A stretch of DNA of 55,814 nt, from assembly GCA_030141605.1 (NCBI GenBank), contig JAQGDQ010001200.1, positions 1 to 55,814 of the forward strand. Direction: 5' to 3'. Both the position numbers and the translations under genes were made by a program. Origin of the DNA: Tubiluchus corallicola. Taxonomy: Eukaryota; Animalia; Priapulida. The notes under the pieces are model-generated. The model did no database searches. It was not told where the DNA came from and saw nothing but the letters and a program-made list of their open reading frames with translations. This document shows, one piece after another, positions 50,001-55,814 of the stretch (position 1 is its first letter; each line of letters begins with the position of its first letter).

Positions 50001-53000
50001 TATCACAAATATGAATGTATGAAATTAGATGTACTTGACCAGGTAAGATGTCCCAATCTGGAGTAGTGCTTCGAGTTTGTTGTGAGTATTAACAGGTTAC
50101 GTTTTTACTTGAACTAGATCTGAAAATTGAGATCTAAACTTCATCTACACCAGTTTTTGTTTGACATTAAAGCTAAAAACTAAGTCACACATGAAGATGT
50201 ATGTTTTAATAACAGCAGGACACGATGCCTGGATTCTTTATGACTTTTTAGTTTCACCAGTAAATAGCACCCTCACCCCACATTCTGTTCTATCTCATTA
50301 ATACTCCATGCAGTTCATTTCTACTTGCCACCAAAGTCAAACGAAACAAAATTTAGCATGTTGAAATTTTGCTGTGTCTAAACAAATATGCATGATTTTA
50401 GAAGTCGCAGTAATTTTACACTTGTTAAAAGCCTTTGAACAATTCATAAATCTCGTAAAGCAAACAAGTATTTTAATTTTAGGTGGGAATTGCTCACTTA
50501 GCCTACAGAATAGTATTAAGAACCGGATTATCATGTTTGTTAGGTACGTATACAAATCATTATACTTATCAGAAACCGTCACTTGGTTAAGTAACCAGTT
50601 TTTACTTGTTTATTCAGACTGGAAACCAAGAGGTAAAATTAAACGAAGAAAGGATGATTTTTCATATACTGCCCCATTTTTAAGTCTGATAAAAAGTTTA
50701 CATTTTAACACAATTAATACTGCAAAAGAGTTTCTGATAATTAAATAATAAGTTAAGAACTTAATTAACGGCAGGTAAGCCTAACTAGTGATAAACTAAC
50801 ATAATTTTCAACAGCAAAAATATTCCACGAGCGTATTGCACGCGTTTGCGGAAGCGAAAATTGAAGTACAGTGCTACTGTATTCAGTGTGTTGTAGTAAA
50901 GCTAGGCAAATTTTAAGATAAAAATTCAAATTTCAAATTTACTGCTGTGCTCATGCATAAGCTGTCAAACTTGTGTAGTTCATCACAAATTAATGCATCT
51001 GAACTGAGAGGTACAGCACCTGTTTTTGGGGCAATGCGTTTCCGGAATGCAGGCACTAGTGCCCGTCTAACTAGAGAATGATGAAATGCATGTAACAGCA
51101 AAGAACTACTGGCACAAATGCGAAGTTATGTTTGTGTGGTAATAATTTTTTCACATGTCATTTTTGGAAAAAATAGTGTTTCCTTTCATTATTCTACAGA
51201 GTAGACTGTTTTGACCTACAGTTTAAGATTGAGTCCAGTTTGGCTTCCTACAGTTTAAGATTGAGTCCAGTTTGGTTTCCTACAGTTTAAGATTGGGTCC
51301 AGTTTGGCTTCCTACAGTTTAAGATTGAGTCCAGTTTGGCTTCCTATAGTTTAAGATTGAGTCCAGTTTGGCTTCCTACAGTTTAAGAATGGGTCCAGTT
51401 TGGTTTCCTACAGTTTAAGATTGAGTCCAGTTTGGCTTCCTACAGTTTAAGATTGGGTCCAGTTTGGCTTCTTACAGTTTAAGATTGGGTCCAGTTTGGC
51501 TTCCTACAGTTTAAGATTGGGTCCAGTTTGGCTTCCTACAGTTTAAGATTGGGTCCAGTTTGGCTTCCTACAGTTTAAGATTGGGTCCAGTTTGGCTTCC
51601 TACAGTTTAAGATTGAGTCCAGTTTGGCTTCCTACAGTTTAAGATTGAGTCCAGTTTGGCTTCCTACAGTTTAAGATTGGGTCCAGTTTGGCTTCCTAAA
51701 GTTTAAGATTGAGTCCAGTTTGGCTTCCTACAGTTTAAGATTGAGTCCAGTTTGGCTTCTTACAGTTTAAGAATGGGTCCAGTTTGGCTTCCTAGAGTTT
51801 AAGATTGAGTCCAGTTTGGCTTCTTACAGTTTAAGATTGAGTCCAGTTTGGCTTCCTACAGTTTAAGATTGAGTCCAGTTTGGCTTCCTACAGTTTAAGA
51901 TTGGGTCCAGTTTGGCTTCCTACAGTTTAAGATTGGGTCCAGTTTGGCTTCCTACAGTTTAAGATTGAGTCCAGTTTGGCTTCCTACAGTTTAAGATTGG
52001 GTCCAGTTTGGCTTCCTACAGTTTAAGATTGAGTCCAGTTTGGCTTCCTACAGTTTAAGATTGGGTCCAGTTTTGCTTTAACTATAATTAATTGCCGCTG
52101 TGACATTTCAGATTTTAAATCTACGGTGTTGGAAGATGAACGTCAACAAAAACTAAAACCTGACATGATTGGTTGTCGTAACGGTTTTTACAACAATGCT
52201 TACTACACCGTATATCATTTAGTGACTCACGCAGAAGATATGAATTCTGCTGACCAGTTACTCTTCACGATTGTAAGTAGTCACCGAGTTAATGTGCTTG
52301 GAATATAATTATTAAAATTTTGAATTCCTGCCATTTTAATTGTCACAGAACTGGTTTCAATTGAGGCCTTTCTGTGTTTTATACTTTTTATTTCAGCAGG
52401 TTCACTAAATCCTCACTTAACGACGTCCCATTTTGTGACTAATCATTTTAACAGACAATGAAATTTTCCCACCCATTTTCTCTCGTAACAAGGAATGATT
52501 TTAACGACGATTTTTCTATTCTGCATGTGTAACATTCTGTCATTTTAACGGCAGGCTTGTCAAATTCCAAACAGCTGCTAGTAAGACAAATGTAATGTAC
52601 TGTAACAAGTTTAAGTAACGCAGTATAGCAAGTAAAACTGGCAAATTGTTGATATGTTACTATTATTATTTTATATCATCGCACCATAACAGATACAGCC
52701 ATACACACGTATGCACAAAATATAACAAGAAATAGTTAGTATAAACACACACAAAAAAGAAAGAAAAAAAATGAAATAAACAATTTACAAAAATCAGGAA
52801 GTACATAAGAATATCATTAATTTTTACTTGGCTTTCACTGATAATCTTGAAAACATGTTAAATGCATTAATAAATAGCTTTTTAACGTTCACGTTACCAA
52901 TTCTCGTAGATAAACCATACTTTCTTCTTAAGTGGCAATGACTATTGTTAGTTAAATACATCATTAATTGAACATTATCGATCCCGAGTTTTTAATTTCT

Positions 53001-54741
53001 TTTAAAAATTTAATTTTCTACAATCAATTAGAAAGTTTCCAGGGCATAGTACCACTGAATTCATTAAGACATGGACACTCAGTATATCAGTAAAAACTTT
53101 CTTAGGAAATTATGTTTCCTAGAAATAGATTCCAGTGACACAAGGCAACTGCACAGCACTGTAAACATTCATTACATCAAACAAACTGCACAGCACTGTA
53201 AAAATTCATCATTGCAAAGAAACTGCCCAGCACTGTAAAGATTCATCACAGCAAAACAACTGCACAGCATTGTAAAAATTCATTAGAGCAAAGAAACTGC
53301 ACAGCACTGTAAAGATTCATCACAGCAAAGAAACAGCACAGTACTGTGAAGATTCATTACATCAAAGAAACTGCACAACACTGTAAAAATTCATTAGAGC
53401 AAAGAAACTGCACAGCACTGTAAAAATTCATTAGAGCAAAGAAACTGCACAGCACTGTAAAGATTCATCACAGCAAAGAAATTGCACAGCACTGTAAAAA
53501 TTCATTAGAGCAAAGAAACTGCACAGCACTGTAAAATTTCATCACAGCAAAGAAATGGCACAGTACTGTGAAGATTCATTACAACATTGTAAAGATTCAT
53601 TACATCAAAGAAATTGCACAGCACTACAAAGAAACTGCACAGCACTGTAAAAATTCATTACAGCAAAGAAATTGCACAGCATTGTAAAGATTCATCACAG
53701 CAAAGCAACTGCACGGCACTGTAAAAACTCATCACAGCAAAGAAACTGCACAGCACTGTAAAATTTCATTACAGCAAAGAAACTGCACAGCACTGTAAAA
53801 ATTCATTACAGCAAAGAAACTGCACAGCACTGTAAAATTTCATTAGAGCAAAGAAACTGCACAGCACTGTAAAGATTCATCACAGCAAAGCAACTGCACG
53901 GCACTGTAAAAACTCATTACATCAAAGAAACTGCACAGCACTGTGAAGATTCATCACAGCAAAGAAACTGCACAACACTGTAAAAATTCATTACAGCAAA
54001 GAAACTGCACAGCACTGTAAAGATTCATCACAGCAAAGAAACTGCACAACACTGTAAAAATTCATTAGAGCAAAGAAACTGCACAGCACTGTAAAATTTC
54101 ATCACAGCAAAGAAATGGCACAGTACTGTGAAGATTCATTACAACATTGTAAAGATTCATTACATCAAAGAAATTGCACAGCACTACAAAGAAACTGCAC
54201 AGCACTGTAAAAATTCATTACAGCAAAGAAATTGCACAGCATTGTAAAGATTCATCACAGCAAAGCAACTGCACGGCACTGTAAAAACTCATCACAGCAA
54301 AGAAACTGCACAACACTGTAAAAATTCATTACAGCAAAGAAACTGCACAGCACTGTAAAGATTCATCACAGCAAAGCAATTGCACAGCACTGTAAAGATT
54401 CATCACAGCAAAGAAATTGCACAGCACTGTAAAGATTCATCACGTCAAAGAAACTGCACAGCACTTAAAAATTCATTACAGCAAAGAAATTCTTCCAATG
54501 AGCAATGAAGCCAACTTTCGGGGTGCTATCTGAACCCATAAGCTTTATAGATTTTCTTGTTACTTTTGAATTATTGCATAACTAAGAAAAAACTATTGTC
54601 GATAAAAAGAATTTCCTGAGGCTTGTCAAAACTGCACCATTTTTGTTGTCTTTTAGACAGCTGGGTTCTTGCTGAAACTTCTCGACGACTCCGGTTTCTT
54701 CAATGTTGATTCTCTGCAGTTAGAAGATAAATTGTACATAG
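43933..54741 (+). CDS. SMYD4: SET and MYND domain protein 4-like (TPR-SET-MYND), 5' partial, continues beyond the window
   Basis: Exons 43933-44075, 44502-44646, 44844-44933, 45751-45919, 46812-46872, 47143-47275, 47737-47861, 49937-50042, 50483-50543, 52112-52272, 54657-54741; phases agree (about 426 codons). TPR (RNIGNDFFRKKD..AKEYYT, LALAYGNRSAVYFEL, CLEDI..AL..GYP), N-SET (GRYIV..RISAGDVLFVEKPYAS), MYND (CHNC..CRHC..YCSKSC..AW..YHKYEC) and VYHLVTH. Confidence 0.9.
44502..44646 (+). CDS. SMYD4: SMYD4-like exon 2 (TPR)
   Basis: CEPIKNWLQSFDYTKYQKSESEARRLRNIGNDFFRKKDHELAKEYYTQ. Confidence 0.9.
44844..44933 (+). CDS. SMYD4: SMYD4-like exon 3 (TPR)
   Basis: SILAAPDDGAELALAYGNRSAVYFELDLYE. 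Confidence 0.92.
45434..45741 (-). mobile_element. 5'-truncated RTE-like LINE with a 13-bp TSD spanning a splice acceptor
   Basis: Minus strand gives MEMEVLGNRRRGRPKRRW and NRNAWRKLIHNGDPA-stop with a (GAA)n tail; TACTACTAGGAAT at 45421-45433 and 45742-45754. Confidence 0.88.
45751..45919 (+). CDS. SMYD4: SMYD4-like exon 4 (TPR)
   Basis: ECLEDICNALSCGYPRNSQHRLYQRQAKCYMK...; donor after 45919 or after 45910 (same phase). Confidence 0.88.
46048..46477. mobile_element. Tigger/pogo-like MITE
   Basis: TA|CAGTAAGCTCC..ACTCAAATC ... GATTTTGAGT..GGAGTTCTCTG|TA; repeated TTGAGTTAGGCG. Confidence 0.7.
46812..46872 (+). CDS. SMYD4: SMYD4-like exon 5
   Basis: SIKLELTNVLEKLKSEVTT; phase 1 to phase 2 bridges the neighbours. 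Confidence 0.75.
47143..47275 (+). CDS. SMYD4: SMYD4-like exon 6 (N-SET)
   Basis: ...ISAASKALEIKQSEAQGRYIV. Confidence 0.88.
47365..47620. repeat. Polypurine (GA-rich) tract made of two copies of about 130 bp
   Basis: aagagagagaagagagaaggaaag...gggtgtgaga.agaggtagagat occurs twice. Confidence 0.8.
47737..47861 (+). CDS. SMYD4: SMYD4-like exon 7 (SET/MYND)
   Basis: TNRRISAGDVLFVEKPYASLLLPHQYANRCHNCYRVLKLTY. Confidence 0.92.
48712..49170. mobile_element. piggyBac-like MITE, family B copy 2 (longer)
   Basis: TTAA|CCCTTTCATACCCGTTG ... GGGACTGAAAGGG|TAAA. Confidence 0.88.
49937..50042 (+). CDS. SMYD4: SMYD4-like exon 8 (MYND finger)
   Basis: CRHCTQVRYCSKSCRDAAWGVYHKYECMKLDVLDQ. Confidence 0.93.
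50483..50543 (+). CDS. SMYD4: SMYD4-like exon 9
   Basis: VGIAHLAYRIVLRTGLSCLL. Confidence 0.88.
50639..52081 (+). mobile_element. Family A MITE with amplified right end
   Basis: Body aligns by eye with 27995..28570; ends ...gggtccagttttgctttaa. Confidence 0.8.
51215..52073. repeat. 32-bp minisatellite, about 27 copies
   Basis: Unit cctacagtttaagattg(a/g)gtccagtttggctt. Confidence 0.95.
52112..52272 (+). CDS. SMYD4: SMYD4-like exon 10
   Basis: FKSTVLEDERQQ...YYTVYHLVTHAEDMNSADQLLFTI. Confidence 0.9.
53140..54490. repeat. 37-bp minisatellite, about 36 copies
   Basis: Unit aaagaaactgcacagcactgtaaaaattcattagagc, with variants. Confidence 0.95.
54657..54741 (+). CDS. SMYD4: SMYD4-like exon 11 (ends inside the first unit of the 27-bp array)
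   Basis: cttttag|TAGFLLKLLDDSGFFNVDSLQLEDKLYI G|gtaagt. Confidence 0.85.
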
Positions 54742-55814
54742 GTAAGTTAGTAAATAAATTGTGCATAGGTAAGTTAGTAGATAAACTGTGCATAGATAGG
54801 TTAGTAGATAAATTGTACATAGGTAAGATAGAAGATAAATTGTACATAGGTAAGTTAGAAGATAAATTGTACTTAGGTGAGTTACAAGATAAATTGTACA
54901 TAGGTGAGTTAGAAGATAAATTGTACATAGGTGAGTTAGAAGATAAATTGTATTTAGGTAAGTTAGTAGATAAATTGTACATAGGTAAGTTAGTAGATAA
55001 ATTGTACTTAGGTAAGTTAGTAGATAAATTGTACATAGGTAAGTTAGTAGATAAATTGTACTTAGGTAAGTTAGTAGATAAATTGTACGTAGGTAAGTTA
55101 GAAGATAAATTGTACATAGGTAAGTTAGTAGATAAATTGTACATAGGTAAGTTAGTAGATAAATTGTACATAGGTAAGTTAGAAGATAAATTGTACATAG
55201 GTAAGTTAGAAGATAAATTGTACATAGGTAAGTTAGAAGATAAATTGTACATAGGTAAGTTAGTAAATAAATTGTGCATAGGTAAGTTAGTAGATAAACT
55301 GTGCATAGATAGGTTAGTAGATAAATTGTACATAGGTAAGATAGAAGATAAATTGTACATAGGTAAGTTAGAAGATAAATTGTACTTAGGTGAGTTACAA
55401 GATAAATTGTACATAGGTGAGTTAGAAGATAAATTGTACATAGGTGAGTTAGAAGATAAATTGTATTTAGGTAAGTTAGTAGATAAACTGTACATAGGTA
55501 AGTTAGTAGATAAATTGTACATAGATAAGTTAGTAGATAAATTGTACATAGGTAAGTTAGTAGATAAATTGTACTTAGGTAAGTTAGTAGATAAATTGTA
55601 CATAGGTAAGTTAGTAGATAAATTGTACTTAGGTAAGTTAGTAGATAAATTGTACGTAGGTAAGTTAGTAGATAAATTGTACATAGGTAAGTTAGAAGAT
55701 AAATTGTACATAGGTAAGTTAGAAGATAAATTGTACATAGGTGAGTTAGAAGATAAATTGTACATAGGTAAGTTAGAAGATAAATTGTACATAGGTGAGT
55801 TAGAAGATAAATTG
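54720..55814. repeat. 27-bp minisatellite, at least 40 copies, runs off the window end
   Basis: Unit ttagaagataaattgtacataggtaag. Confidence 0.97.

Noticed and set aside
54653-55792. 379-aa minus-strand ORF of MYNLSSNLP repeats
   Set aside because: It is the antisense reading of the 27-bp array and overlaps a SMYD4 exon. The unit is fully explained as a + strand exon end plus donor.

Overview
AT-rich, intron-rich eukaryotic DNA, most likely from an invertebrate animal; the taxon cannot be fixed from the sequence. Four protein-coding genes were assembled by hand from GT-AG exons with consistent phases. (1) PLK4, + strand, 18 coding exons, 2698..21934, 999 aa. (2) An M6/proteolipid (PLP/DM20/GPM6-family) tetraspan gene, - strand, 35889..25652, with two paralogous alternative terminal exons. 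(3) A complete FIG4 Sac-domain phosphatase in a single 2.7 kb coding exon (39800..42502), with an unusual CVDNLDRT P-loop. (4) The 5' part of a SMYD4-like TPR-SET-MYND gene, + strand, from 43933 past the window end. Introns hold many MITEs, LINE fragments and minisatellites. The most unusual observations are: a 27-bp minisatellite that copies a SMYD4 exon end plus its 5' splice site about 40 times in frame; a LINE whose target-site duplication copies a SMYD4 splice acceptor; the duplicated M6 last exon; and the intronless FIG4 lying just upstream of SMYD4's orphan acceptor. No expression or database evidence was available.
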